Assembly (NCBI RefSeq): GCF_006345805.1
Contig: NC_043005.1
Location: forward strand, 105,462,001-105,526,000
DNA length: 64,000 nt
Origin: Octopus sinensis
Taxonomy: Eukaryota
Reading direction: 5' to 3'
Positions within the stretch are counted from its first letter, which is position 1. Each line of letters starts with the position of its first letter. The notes under the pieces were generated by a model. It was not told the origin of the DNA. It worked only from the letters and a program-made list of their open reading frames with translations, and made no database searches. A program made the translations under genes and the position numbers. Below, piece after piece: positions 13,480 to 26,191 of this stretch.

Positions 13480-14230
13480 AACAAGGATCCCGTCTTCTTG
13501 ACCAACGATATATGATATTAAATCTATCATATGAGGTAGAAATTACTGCGACCCTAAATAATAATACAACAGCCAAGAAGACCTAATTGGATTATATGAA
13601 GGAGAACTTAAAAATCGCTACGCCGGTCACATAGCCTCCTTCCGACATAAGGACAAAAGCAAAGCTGCTAAGTTGGCTAGTATATAGTTTGAAAGATGGC
13701 GAAACACCACATGTGATTAAGTGGAAAATAATTGAGAAATCCATGTTAATGGATCGAATAAATGTAGGCTTTGTTTAGCTGAAAGAGCGCAGATCCTGTT
13801 CAGATCTAAGATCCTAACTCTCCACTGAACACTAGGTCTGAAATTTTCAGCTGTTGCAAGCATATGTATAAATATATTTTGAAGAACTGGAAAATTTCGC
13901 CTATTCCTGATTAACTTGTTGATATCCTTCCAGCCTTATAGTTTAAAGGTCTAAGGATAACTCTTTCACCTTTTTTACTTTTCATATTTTGGTTTTTGTA
14001 TTTTCATTTTCCGACTTTCGTTTTCCAGTTTTTTTAACCTTCTGTATTTTCTATATGCTGCTTTCTCAGTTTTTTTTCGCGTTTTTTCTCTTATTCATTA
14101 TTTTGAAGTTCGTTATGGTATATGGTTTGTACCTGATGAATATGTTCGAGATATTTCTCAACATATGAAACTATTAGTAACACTTAAAGACATGTATTGT
14201 GTCCTTTGAATAAATAGTATTTATCTCTCA
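13480..14230 (+). mobile_element. Penelope-like element 3' portion: GIY-YIG endonuclease pseudogene plus 3' UTR with hammerhead motif
   Basis: Translation gives NLSYEVEITATLNNNTTAKKT*IGLYEGELKNRYAGHIASFRHKDKSKAAKLAS..., KWKIIEKS, KCRLCLAERAQILF and LNTRSEIFSCCKH. A T-rich UTR and a CTGATGA..GAAAC motif follow. Confidence 0.8.
14124..14185 (+). ncRNA. Type I hammerhead ribozyme motif (core intact, stem I weak)
   Basis: CTGATGA (14133-14139), stem II atatgtt-c-gaga/tctc-aacatat, GAAA (14167-14170), near-palindromic stem III ctattag, predicted GUA cleavage triplet (14177-14179). Confidence 0.55.
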
Positions 14231-14601
14231 CCACGTAAAATACTTTTATTGTTGAATTTTCTATCACTGATCAGTACATCGTGTGTGTGTATGTGTGTTA
14301 AAACTTAAGTTTACAACGTTTATGTCACAGAAGCAATAGGTAATACAACTTATAGATTAGAAAAATAAAGCTTATCCTGGTATATTTCTTGCCTGTTTGG
14401 CCCTTCCCCACAGGACAAGCAATTTCAGCCGTTATCGATAATATTGCTTCCACTCTAGAGGCACCGACAAGAAACTTGCCAGGAATGGGACCTAAACAGA
14501 ACAAAACGAAACGGGCTCGAAACGTGACCGCTCGTGGACGGATGGGGGACAAAACAATAAACAGAATAAAAGCTTAGGGCTACACGAAGACAGCAATCAA
14601 T

Positions 14602-14653
14602 AACAAGAGCACTCAGAGAGCGCAAACCTCCGCCAAGGCAACACCAACGTCCT
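14602..14653 (-). mobile_element. Helentron-associated (HINE/DINE-1-like) element, 3' part
   Basis: Minus strand reads gttgccttggcggaggtttgcgctctctgagtgctcttgtt, i.e. a 3' subterminal inverted repeat plus stem-loop. Confidence 0.75.
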
Positions 14654-16469
14654 GATTTCTTTAATTAGGCACAAGGCCTCTATAAAGATGGGACAACACA
14701 AAAACAGACAAAACAATACAATGGGGTACATAAAAACACATATCGAATGAAATTATGGATACAATGAAGAATGAGGATGGAATGCCTTACCTGCCCCTCA
14801 TAAGCAGACAGTTTCATTTATTATTTTTAAATAAAGTTTTACTAACAGTTCAATATCCTGTCTTGCATCTGTTGGTTTAACTATTTTTTTAAAAATTAAC
14901 ACAAAATCACTATTTCCACCATATACCCCAATAATACTCTTCGAATGCCACCACCACCGTAACTCATCAAAACGAAACTGTACCATTGTCACATCTATCT
15001 TTTCCCCAAACAATTCCTTCAACCGTTCTCCTCTTTCTCTTTCCAGCAGAACAGCTTTCATACCTTCATTGTACTCTTCGGGTGCCAATTTAATCCTAAT
15101 TACTCATCTTCGCAATCTTTCTTTTCCATCTCTACACTTTTTGTGTTTTGTATCATAGTTCTTATATTTTCCTCTTTTGGTGTCACTCTCTGTTTTCCTT
15201 CACCAATCTCTTCTTTTGTTGCTGGTATCCCTATCTCTGTATGTCTCTCATTCTCTCTTTCATTTCCCTTTTTCTTCTGTACTTTCTCCTCCTTGCTAGA
15301 TGATGGTAACGGTCTCTGCGTTCGCTCCTCGGCTTTGTCACATTTGTTGACTTTTCATTTTTTCTTTGCTCGTTCGCTTTTTCCTTGTTTTCCACTCTGC
15401 GTCTCCTCTCCATTTCCCTTTTCTTCCAACGGCTTTTTAATGGTGAGTCCGTGTTACTTTTCTTCCTCTTCACCACTGTATACTGTTCTTCCATTTTTTG
15501 CTCCTCCTCGGTTGAACCCTCTTCTTCTTGATGTTCTTTCTCTATCTCCTCCTCTTCGTGTTTCTGGGGACACTTAGCTTTCATGTGTCCCCTTACTCCA
15601 CATTGATAGCATACGGGAGGTCTTTCTTCCACTACAATTCTCAACCTCCTCTCGTCCGGCAACACCTCTACGGTTTTGTGGAGGTCTGGTAAACTTATGT
15701 GAACCGATACCTCCAGTCCGTATCCCTAGCAGTTCACCTCCGTAGTTTTTGTAATTTTCAGTATTTGGGTGTCCTCCTCTGTATCATAGAGGATGGTTGC
15801 CACCAGCCACGCCTCGTTAATTTCTGGAGGCAATCTACCAATCCTTACACTGGCCGCACATTTGCCACAGTAGGTTGGTAGTAGCACCCACTCAGTTGAT
15901 CTGAAAGGCACAGTGGAGTTTTTTTTTTATCGCTTCTTCTTCACTCACGAAGCGTACGTCCACTGTACCGTGTCTCTTTCCTCTGGTGTAGTACGTCGTT
16001 AAATCTTTGACTTCTCTCAAGCATTCTTCGACCGCCTCCCCTGCTGCTATTTCCACCCTTTTTATTGCAATAGACAGCGTTCTATATGTTATTGTTTTTC
16101 TCTCTGTTTTTTTTTTTTCCTTTATAACTTCCTTAGGCGGCGTCAGCCTCGGGCTGTCTCCTTCCTTTCTCAATAGTTCGTTGTTCTTCTTGAAATTAGT
16201 TTCGTTCAGTTCAACCTCTCTAACTTGCAGTATATCTGCTGTTAGACTTTTCCCAGTTACTGCAGCGTAACTGCCTGCTGGTACTGGTTTACTTTCCATA
16301 ATATTATCGACAACTTCACCCATAAATGGGGAAGAAAAACAAAAAAATCAGGTAACAATGAATCTAACGATTCAGTAATATAACAGTTTAACAATAACAA
16401 CGTAACAATAACAAGACTCACATGGAGCGAACCCACATCAAACGCAGCAGGGGTTCAAATGACTCGACA
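14654..16469 (-). mobile_element. ORF1-only Tx1/L1-like non-LTR element inserted in a HINE
   Basis: It is flanked by an imperfect 15-bp duplication (14639-14653 vs 16470-16484, 12/15). It has an ORF1 with a CCHC knuckle and a 3' UTR resembling that of the Tx1 element at 52.4 kb. No EN or RT sequence is present. Confidence 0.75.
14798..16323 (-). pseudogene. ORF1 (gag-like: RRM-like region, CX2CX4HX4C zinc knuckle, charged linker, C-terminal domain), frameshifted
   Basis: YYTRGKRHGTVDVRF, VLLPTYCGKCAASVRIGRLPPEINEAWL and IVVEERPPVCYQCGVRGHMKAKCP. These motifs are homologous to the ORF1s at 46913 and 53133. Confidence 0.8.
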
Positions 16470-16803
16470 CAACGCTAACGTGCTCTCAACGATTAGGCAG
16501 AAATGATTTTTAAAATGAGAATATCTGAAATAAACTTAAGTTCTCTCACAAACGGGAATACTAAAAATGAATCCGACCGATCTCAAATATTAAGTAAAAA
16601 AAAAAAGCAGGAAAAATAATCCAGAATCCTTATGCGGTACTGGATCGATCCCAAAATCTAATCAGTTCGTGCCAGTCGCGAGGTCAAACATACATGGAAG
16701 TTTCATCCGAATTCATCCAGCGGTTCTTTGTCCACAGACAAAAAAAACAAAAAAAAACACGACTGTAAAACAATACCTCCGCCTTCGCTAAGGCGGAGGT
16801 AAT
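16470..16803 (-). mobile_element. Helentron-associated (HINE-like) element, 5' part
   Basis: Terminal hairpin acctccgcctt-cgct-aaggcggaggt (16775-16800), internal gatcgatcc/ggatgaaac motifs. It joins seamlessly with 14602-14653 when the LINE is removed. Confidence 0.75.
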
Positions 16804-16837
16804 GATAATACAAATACAACGTAAAGCCTTAGGGCTG

Positions 16838-16840
<3 letters not shown>

Positions 16841-16925
<85 letters not shown>
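16841..16925. repeat. (TA)n microsatellite
   Basis: Pure TA run of about 85 bp. Confidence 0.98.
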
Positions 16926-16930
<5 letters not shown>

Positions 16931-16932
16931 GC

Positions 16933-17312
16933 TTTTATTTGTTTCAGTCATTTGATTGCAGCCATGCTGGAGCACCGCGTTAAAGGGTTATAGTCGGAGA
17001 AATCGACTCCAGGACTTCTTTTTTGTAAGTCTAGTACTTATTCTGTCGGTCTCTCTTGTCGAACCGCTATGTTATGGGGACATAAACACACCAATATCGG
17101 TTGTCAAGCGATGGCAGTGGAACAAACACAGACACCACATACACATACACGACGGGCTTCTTTCAGTTTCCGTTTACTAAATCCACTCCCAAGATTTTGC
17201 TCGGCTCGAGGCTATAGTAGAAGACATCTTCCCAAGGTGCCACACAGTGGGATTGAACCCGGAACCATGTGGTTTGTAAGCAAGCTACTTACCACACAGC
17301 CACTCCTACGCC
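16933..17312 (-). mobile_element. tRNA-derived SINE (same family as 63151-63582)
   Basis: Reverse complement begins ggcgtaggagtggctgtgtggtaagtagcttgcttacaaaccacatggttccgggttcaatcccac and ends gactgaaacaaataaaa. Confidence 0.9.
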
Positions 17313-17523
17313 CATATATACAATACTTATATACTTATGCGTGTTCATGTATGTTTGCGTGCGCATGCGCATGTGCATGTGTATGTGTCCATTGATATCC
17401 TAAAGTTTCTAACCGATAGCATATTTGAAATTCAGTTCTGGTTTGAAATATCATGAAAGACGAACTCTTAAGTACATTACCAGCATTTTGCCAGCCTCGT
17501 GACAATTGCGTGACAACATCAAT

Positions 17524-17524
<1 letters not shown>

Positions 17525-17575
<51 letters not shown>

Positions 17576-17618
17576 TCTACTACTACTACTACTACTACTA
17601 CTGCTGCTGCTGATGCTG

Positions 17619-17656
<38 letters not shown>

Positions 17657-17672
17657 GCTGCTGCTGATGCTG

Positions 17673-17713
<41 letters not shown>

Positions 17714-17740
17714 TCCACCACCACCACCACCACCACCACT
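17525..17740. repeat. (ACT)n/(GCT)n/(CCA)n trinucleotide mosaic
   Basis: Directly visible runs. Confidence 0.95.
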
Positions 17741-18299
17741 AGGTTTTTAAATGTTAATAAATATATATAAAATGATAAACAGAAATACTTCATTTTTTTT
17801 TATATATTCCTCGTTCAAAGTCCCCCAGCATTTTTGCACACAAATTGTTTAATTTCCCTCATCTTTTTTTTCTTTTCCTTTCTTTCTTTCTTTTGTTCCT
17901 TCCTTTCTTTCTTCCATCCTTCCCTTTTTTTTTATTACCGTTTCTTATCTCTTTGAAAATGTCACACAATTTTCAATGGATTTTATGTGACTATTTCTAT
18001 ATTTTCTGCTTTCAACTGAAGATGGCAGGCGATGTTAAGAATCCTCTAAGTTATATTGCTATTGTAGCAATACCTATTGTTCATCGTTACATTTTAATAA
18101 GCATTGTTCGTCAGACATCCATCGACACAATCATCACACAATGACACAGATTTAGTAACTAAACAAACTACTTTTTATCATACCGATGACACACATTCAA
18201 CCCATCTTTGGTTTAGAAAGCCAATTTTAAAAGTGTTCAGCTTTATTGCCCCTCAAGTGACAGTAGTAATCTAAAGAGATAGTCTTGCAATTGGCATGG

Positions 18300-18556
18300 C
18301 CATTTTTATTCATACCTTTTCTTTCTTCCTTTCTTTCGTTCTCTCTTTCTTTCTTTCTTTCGTTCTCTCTTTCCTTCTTTCGTTCTTTCTTTCTTTCTTT
18401 CGTTCTTAATATCTTTGTCTTCTTAGTTTCCATAATTATCTCCCTCTTCCCTCTGTTGCTCCTCAACTCTCCATCATTTCTTCTCTTCCTTCCCTGCATC
18501 TCTGTCTGTCTGTCTGTCTGTTTCTGTCTCCGTCTCTCTCTGTCTGTCTGTCTTTC

Positions 18557-18604
<48 letters not shown>

Positions 18605-18626
18605 TCATTCATTCTTTCTTTCTTTC

Positions 18627-18674
<48 letters not shown>

Positions 18675-18690
18675 CCTCTCTGTCTCCTAG
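18300..18690. repeat. (CTTT)n/(CT)n/(CTGT)n pyrimidine tract
   Basis: Directly visible runs. Confidence 0.95.
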
Positions 18691-19972
18691 CCAAAACAAT
18701 AACAATATTTGATAACTATGATAACATGGACGTTTCTTGATAAACAACTCAGGTTTTCAGTTGACAATGGCGTGTCAGAGACAAAAGCTGGCCGCACCTT
18801 ACTGTTGTCAATGAAAGGTAAAATATTGTTCCACGCCAAGCCATCTAATTATATAGCTGATGGTGAGCACCTGAACATGACAGACTTCATACACCTACAC
18901 ACACACACACACACACACATATATATTTGCAGTTGTATACATACAGAATAACTTATAATCATACATACACATATGTGCATAAGTACATACATACATACAT
19001 ACATGCACACGTATGTATGTATAAATATATAATATCATATATATACACACACACACACATATATATAATACATATATAACATACATACATTTATATACAT
19101 ATGCATATATATATGTATGTATAATATATTCAAACTACATTCCATAATATAAAACTGGCAGAAGAATGGATAAAATTTCTCAATAGTTTCCTAGTGATTT
19201 TGGTTTTAATGAAAAACTACTGTTATTCCGATTGCTACTTCAATTTCGCTTTGAATAATTCTTTGAAGATTTCTTCATGTATTATCTGAGTAAGAATCAC
19301 AGAACATTAAATTATTGAACAGTAAAAGTCTGACCAATATTCAATCATTGATCAAAGAAAGATTAAAAGGTCCTGAAAAATATATTAATAAATAAGTAAA
19401 AATAAGAAATAAATCAAAAAAATTCCTTCTTGCTGAGAAGTAATGGTTTCAACTGCTTCTCAAAGAATAGCAGTTCATTTTCTTCCTTTGCCTTATAATT
19501 ATTATTAGTACTATTATGAGTATTATTATTATTTTGAAAGATACTTTAGATAGCAACACTGATACGTATGATCGACAAAATTTTTTGCAAGACAAATATG
19601 TGTGTGTGTTTGTGTGTGTGTGTGTTTGTGCGTGTATGTGTGTGTATAAAATGTACATACAACCTCATATAAACACTACATACACAAACGCACCCAATAA
19701 CGCACATTTGTGTATAATTTTATGTATGAGTAACAGCCTTCCTTTATACATGCTTTCAAAAGACGACCGTGCACTAATTTCATCTTTTTTTTACTATCAG
19801 CGCTGTTTCTTCTGTTTGTATTTCTTGCAATGCGTTTAGAAATGCACAACGTCTAAATCCATCGACAATGTTTGAAGACTTTAATAGTCTCATCCACTGG
19901 ATGATGTGATGTTGTCGTACGTTGCTGCCTCTTTATAATGGATTGGACTACAGTGGTAGGTGTAGGTCAGTG

Positions 19973-20178
19973 CACACCGGGCGAAGTGCTTAGCGGTATT
20001 TCGTCTGCTATTACATTCTGAGTTCAAATTCCGCCGAGGTCGACTTTGCCTTTCATCCTTTCGGGGTCGATAAATTAAGTACCAGTTACGCACTGAGGTC
20101 GATGTAATCGACTTAATCCGTTTGTCTGTCCTTGTTTGTCCCCTCTGTGTTTAGCCCCTTGTGGGCAATAAAGAAATA
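19973..20178 (+). mobile_element. 5'-truncated SINE with 15-bp target site duplication
   Basis: B box gagttcaaattcc and central domain ctttcatcctttcggggtcgataaattaagtaccag are present. The TSD aggtgtaggtcagtg lies at 19958-19972 and 20179-20193. Confidence 0.85.
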
Positions 20179-20765
20179 AGGTGTAGGTCAGTGGTCCTCA
20201 GATACTTTTAGCCTAATTTTTATAAAATTATATTATATTTCTATAATTTTAAATTATTTGGAATTACATAAAATATTAAAATATGTTATGTGTTGTATTA
20301 AAACCGATTTATTTCAAATAAATCTTAACAAAATCTTATATGGCCCACTCAGTCGTATGGAACGGAACCATTGGCGTAGATATTCTCACATTCACGCGCC
20401 TCACGCACACACAGACACTCACACACACGCATACATGCGCGCGCACACTTGCACACACGCATAAACACTCGTGCAGACGCGCACATGGGCGCACACTTGC
20501 ACACAGGCACACATGCACACACACTTACACACACTCGCACATGCGCGCACAGTTACACACGCGCACACGCTTTTACAAACTCACACGCTCGCGCATGTAT
20601 TTAAACATTTTAATGATATAAGCAATATATAATTAAACAAATTGTTGAGTACATCTAATTCCATTTTAAATATGTCCCTATGAAATGTGTATGTATATTC
20701 TAACTCTCTACGTTCTTCGATATCGCTTTCATCAATTCTTTTCTATCACTCATTGGGCTCTGGCC

Positions 20766-20820
<55 letters not shown>

Positions 20821-20869
20821 GATTCAAGGAGATACACTGTAACCCACCATTGTTTGAGTGTAAGAAGTA

Positions 20870-21960
20870 ACCGGGTGCAAAAACTGATCCTTGTAGAGAC
20901 AGAACGAGGTCTCCAGTCCGTCTCAACCAGCTTTACATCATCGACAGCAGATAATATCCCACAGTGGATGTGAAATTCACCTTAGAGATCGAAGTACATC
21001 ACAATAGTAATAAAAAGTGAAGATCTTAACCTCTTTCCTTCTTACCTGGTGATGGGGAAGGTGTCAGATGTGCCACTAGAAGTCCTTGGGGATTGATGGC
21101 GGCCATCTTGTCCGACGAAGAGAATGACGAAAGGTTTATGAAGATGCACGAGTTGCACGGGGAGAACTGGTCAAATGGAACATAAGAAAGTCAAAAGCAT
21201 CCCCGGCCTGATCAGCTGTTCAAAGAGCACCGATCTTTTGTATGTGGTGCTGCCAATCACCTGAGTATCTTCTGCCCACAGCATGAATAAACGAAAGAAG
21301 ACCTCCGCTGTTGCTAAACTCATAAACACACACATATACACATCAATAATGATGACAGCTTAACAATATTTAACAACGGCAACATGAAGCTCAGCAACAA
21401 CAGACAGAATTTAAAAAGTAGTAATAATAATACGAGTAACTGTGACAGAATTTGCAAACCATAGCTACAGCAGTAGTAACTCCGATAGAAACCCTCGTGA
21501 CAGCGACAAAAATCCATCCTCCACTCCTTCCACACACACACACACACACACACACAAAGAAAAGGAATTGCTCTTTTCCCCGGGAAACACAAACACAAAT
21601 ACTCGCACATACAGAAGAGATAGCGTAGGAAGTTCTTGACAGACCGAGCGCGTGATCTGAGATGCTTTCGCATTTACTGTGTCCACTGACCTGATGTTGG
21701 TGTACATTGAAATGATCCTGTCTGTAGTAAGGAGACCGAAATCTGCTGTCTTGAGGCAGTCACCAAGTAACAACAGTCGACCCTGCCGAAAACTTTCAAC
21801 ATGGTGTGGAGATTGTCCAATGAAACGCGTCCCACCTACATGAAGCGAAAAAGTAGATGCAGTGATGGCGGAGTGGTTATGGAATTTACTTCATAGCCAC
21901 GAGCTCTCAGTTCGTTCCCTAGGCATATTGAGCAATGTTTCATCTTGCATAAATCTTATG
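20870..21960 (-). mobile_element. Very degraded LINE-like (probably RTE) remnants interrupted by repeats
   Basis: GC-richer non-microsatellite blocks give broken frames only loosely similar to the RTE RT C-terminus. Confidence 0.3.
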
Positions 21961-22077
21961 TTGACGGACAGTGTATAGAAGCCCGTCGGGTGGACTTCCT
22001 GCAATTCAAACATTCATCTTCGTTGCACTGATTCATCCCGGGGAAAAGAGCAATTCCTTTTCTTTGTGTGTGTGTGT

Positions 22078-22151
<74 letters not shown>

Positions 22152-22243
22152 TAAGGATTTCTGTTGAATGATCAATGTTACTCTGCACTCTATAATTACA
22201 CACATACATATATTCACTTATATATAAGCGTATATGTATATGC

Positions 22244-22293
<50 letters not shown>

Positions 22294-22297
<4 letters not shown>

Positions 22298-22853
22298 TGA
22301 AGTTTGCCACTTAAATGTAGCTAACCCATAAGGGTGGATGCTACTGTAGCATGAAGCCCTAGGAGGACATCTCCTCCAGCTGGCTATTGACACACTTTCT
22401 GTGCCCTAACAATATTTGCAAAGGGAAGCCATCTTTCCCGTCTACACACGGACTCGAGTTTCTGGGTATTGACCCGTCATCAGCGGGCGACAATCACTAG
22501 TTGTCGATGAAAAGTAGGCCTCCCCTTACAAATGTATATCCTTTTTCCAGTGACGAAAAGTCACTGATATCGAAAAAATGTAAACAAGCAATTATAAATC
22601 TCTGAGCGAGGTATAGACAGTAGCTATAGAGTCCGTGTGTATCATAGGTTAAAAACGGGAAGGATGACTTCCATTTGCAAATACTGATAGCGCACAGAAA
22701 GTGTGTCAATAACCAGCTGGAGGAGATGTCCTCCTAGGGCTACAAGCTACAGTAGCATTCAACCTTAGGGGTTAGCCACATTTAAGTGGCAAATATACTT
22801 CACGATGTGTTACAGCTACTGTCTATACCTCGCTCAGAGATTTATTATTGCTT
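22294..22853 (-). mobile_element. Non-coding PLE/retrozyme-like element with interleaved inverted repeats
   Basis: Arms of about 150 bp (22294-22442 / 22655-22806) and 40-bp arms (22586-22625 / 22814-22853, 39/40). It contains an HHR and is flanked by (TA)n. Confidence 0.65.
22443..22491 (-). ncRNA. Type I hammerhead ribozyme motif
   Basis: Minus strand reads gtcgcccg-CTGATGA-cgggtcaataccca-GAAAC-TCGA-GTC-cgtgtg. It has a full catalytic core, stem II gggt/accc, palindromic stem III and a GUC cleavage triplet. Confidence 0.7.
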
Positions 22854-24944
22854 ATATATATATTTATATAAAGGGAACAAAAACGCAATAGAGGGCTGTA
22901 AAACGTTCGGACAGATAAACGACACAAAGGCGGACAAGAGAAACAACAATTAGAAGGACAGACAAAAATGATGGGTTATTCTTGGCTTTCTTTCTTCAGT
23001 CAAGTGCCAGAAGTCACGACCATTTCGGACAGTTACACTTGAGATGGTTCGGTCTGGTTGACCCTAAAAATGTCTATGCTAAGAGTATTAGACCCCTTAT
23101 ATATATATATATATACATATATATGATATCGGTTGCTAATTCACAATTTTACAACCTAAAGGGCAAAAATATATATGTCACTAAAGAGAACAAGGCCACT
23201 AATCAGCACCAGTGTTGCTAGAAATAAGATACAAAACAACTCAAAAGCCAAATAGCCATTAAGATAGTGCTTTTGTTGGCTATTGAGTTGTTTTGACTCT
23301 TGTAAACCGATTCTTCTGGAACGCGTGGGACAAATATGTAGGGTTGGTCAGATGAGGGTTGGGATGATGACTATTTCCTTCTCATATACACATGTTGTTA
23401 CCTTTACAAAATAATTTTTAATATTAAATTTTTTTATTTTAATTCTTAATTTTTAATATTTACTTTTATTGGCATCTCTCAATTTTTAGATATTTCTAAT
23501 GTCAATTTTAATTTCTTAATTTTTGTTTTTTTACGTTTTAATATTTTTTCTTATTTAATTAATTTTTCCTGTTTAGTCTTTATTTGTAAATGTTTAATTT
23601 TTTAATCCAAAGTTTTAAAAAAATTATATTTATTTCATTTTAGTTTTAATTCTTAAATCTTAATTTTAAAAAATTAAAAAAATTTTGCTTTCAATTTTCC
23701 CTTTTGAATTTCACTTATAAATAGTGGCAATATTTTCCTTAAAATCTCATAATTAAGTCGACCAGATTTGTCCCACTCGAACAGTTAAATGGTTCGGTGA
23801 TATTTCTTGGGTTACATCAATGGTGTTTTTTTTTTTCTGTAACGGACACGAACGACAACTGAAGAACAAATGCAGTGAGTCGGATGAAAGTATATTCGAT
23901 GCTACCGGGAAATTCCGAGTTCTCGATGTAAATGTTTCATGCTTGTATTATATTTCTTATATAGGCCTCTATTTCAACGATATTGAAATCTTCTTTTGTC
24001 GAGACATACAAGATACACACGCACACACACACACATTGTTCTGTTTTGGCACGAACGGATAGTTTCGATGAGAAGGGATTACTACAGGATAAAAATTTGT
24101 TGTTTTGTCTATTTTACAAGCAGGAAATTTCGGAGCATTGATTGTCGATACCAATACTTGAAACAAATAAAAAGTTTGTATTGCATACGATACTGCAATT
24201 GTACCGTAATGTGTGAGAACACTTCAGTATATGACAATGAGACAAATAACAAAAAATAAAGAAAATTTAAAGAACAAACAGAAAACAGATATAATCATGA
24301 GATAAAAGGATAAACTCGAAAGTCTAAACAACGGGAGTTTAATGTGCGACACCGCAAATAGGGGCAACATAAACAAAAGTAACTCCAATAACTACAAACA
24401 AACAAACAACAGCAACAACAATATATATGTATACACACGCTTTTCGAGCGAAACAAAATAATAAACAAAATACGTTTTGGCTTTCCCCACGTGGCCACCA
24501 AGTGTAGTTTCAGACCACGACTTCTTTTTCCAGAACAAATTGCTACAACGTGTGTAGCTTTAATGATTCGCTAGCGAACAACAAGTTCTGTAAGGTGCCG
24601 AGAATATGTTGTTATGGAAAGGGCTTGTGAACAGTTTCAGTTAGAGCAAGCAAGAAAAAGCCCATGCTTAGCTGTTATGTAAGTACAGTATTCCTTAATA
24701 AATAAAGCTTACTCTATCTATATCTACATGGTGTGCTCTCATCACTTCAGAAAGCTGACTGTGGTCCATTCCATAACCTTTGTGCATATTATTCAAGTAG
24801 TTCTCTTCTCTTAAAAGTACTGTGAAAGTCATGTCACTGCTTTGACGAAAGAGAGAACCAACTCATTCTTTCTGATTTCTTTCTATTGTGGTTCAGTTTT
24901 CTTTTGGTCCCCTTTTCTTTTTCCTTTTGCTTTTGACTTTCTCT

Positions 24945-25600
24945 GTTGAGCCAGTTTGATACTAAGTTGGTATTTGAATCTTTGTTTTTGGTCTCCTCAA
25001 TGTCGTTTGCCGTTAACGAATTCGCTGTAAGAATGGTCCGCGGGGTTCTTGAAGGGACAATTCAGATGACATGTCCTGACCATTTAAGACGAGACTCAAG
25101 GATGGCAGTTTCAATGCTCGGTATTTTTGAGCAATTGAGGAGTTCGTTGTTGGTGGGTCGGACCTGCTCTTTGATGCTGAGAATCTGCCGAAGCTTGGCT
25201 TGTTGGAAAGGATCAAGCTTTTACAGGTTTTTTCGATACAGGGCCCATGTCTCACAGGCGTAGAACAATGTGAGTAGAACGGTGCGGAAAACCAAGAGTT
25301 TTGTGTGGAGGGAGAGCACTTGCTTGCTGAGTCTTCTGAAAGCCCAATGAAGCGGATTTGATGCGGTGGTCGATGTCTCTTTCGAATGTTCCAGATTGCG
25401 AGAGAGTGTTGCCGAGGTATTGAAAGTCGTTAACAAATTCCGGAGGCGTCTACCCAATGTTGAGGGTAACTTCTGGTATTTCTTGTCCAGGAACAGGTTG
25501 CGCCCGTATTTTCATTTTGTCTGCATTCACTTCCATCCTAAGGCGATTGGAGTTTTGGATCTCGGACGGTCAAGTTTAAAGATTCTGCCGTCCAGGCGAT
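24945..25600 (-). mobile_element. RTE-clade LINE reverse transcriptase C-terminal fragment
   Basis: Minus-strand frames give LSLHTKLLVFRTVLLTLFYACETWALYRKNL, LDPFQQARLRQILSIK and IETAILESRLKWSGHVI. Confidence 0.85.
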
Positions 25601-25663
25601 AGCGAAGTCAACACCAGGAGAATCGCGTGGGATCTCGTTCGTTGAGCATCGCCGCTCATCAGT

Positions 25664-26191
25664 TCATGAGGTTAGTGCTTTGTGTGGTTACTCGAATCGT
25701 TTTTGATTATTTGTTTATTAACATGCCTTTAGATTTTAGTTGCTACTATTATAATATATTTAATATATTATAGTATTTTATTGTATTTACACTATACACT
25801 TCGACCGTTTGAACTAGCGATAGCTTTCAAAGGTCTTTCTCGTGAGTTGAAAGAGGCGAGCTATCCTTTTAATCCGGACTATCAGCGAGATCTTTTGATG
25901 AGAATTAAGATTATAATGATCAGAGTTCGAAATCACGTATTAAAGATATATCTATTTACTTCAGTTTGTGAATTTATCTCACCGTAGAAAGGTGCTTTGG
26001 CTCGATCCCGCGCTTTTCACGAATTCATGAGGTTAGTGCTTTCTGTGGCTATTCGAGTCATTTTTCACTCTTATTTCTAACAATACCGGTACTACTAATT
26101 AGTACCCTTGCTTATTAGCATGCCTTTAGTTTTTAATTGCTAACGGGCCACCTATATTATAACATATTTAATATTTTATAGTATTTTGTTG

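Noticed and set aside
17453-17770. Thr/Ala-rich ORF resembling antifreeze glycoprotein
   Set aside because: It is a pure (ACT)n/(GCT)n mosaic without the Thr-Ala-Ala periodicity, signal peptide or splice context.
23900-24170. Cadherin-like VLVSTINAPKFP on the minus strand
   Set aside because: It is a short match lacking DxNDN, interrupted by a microsatellite, with no supporting domain.
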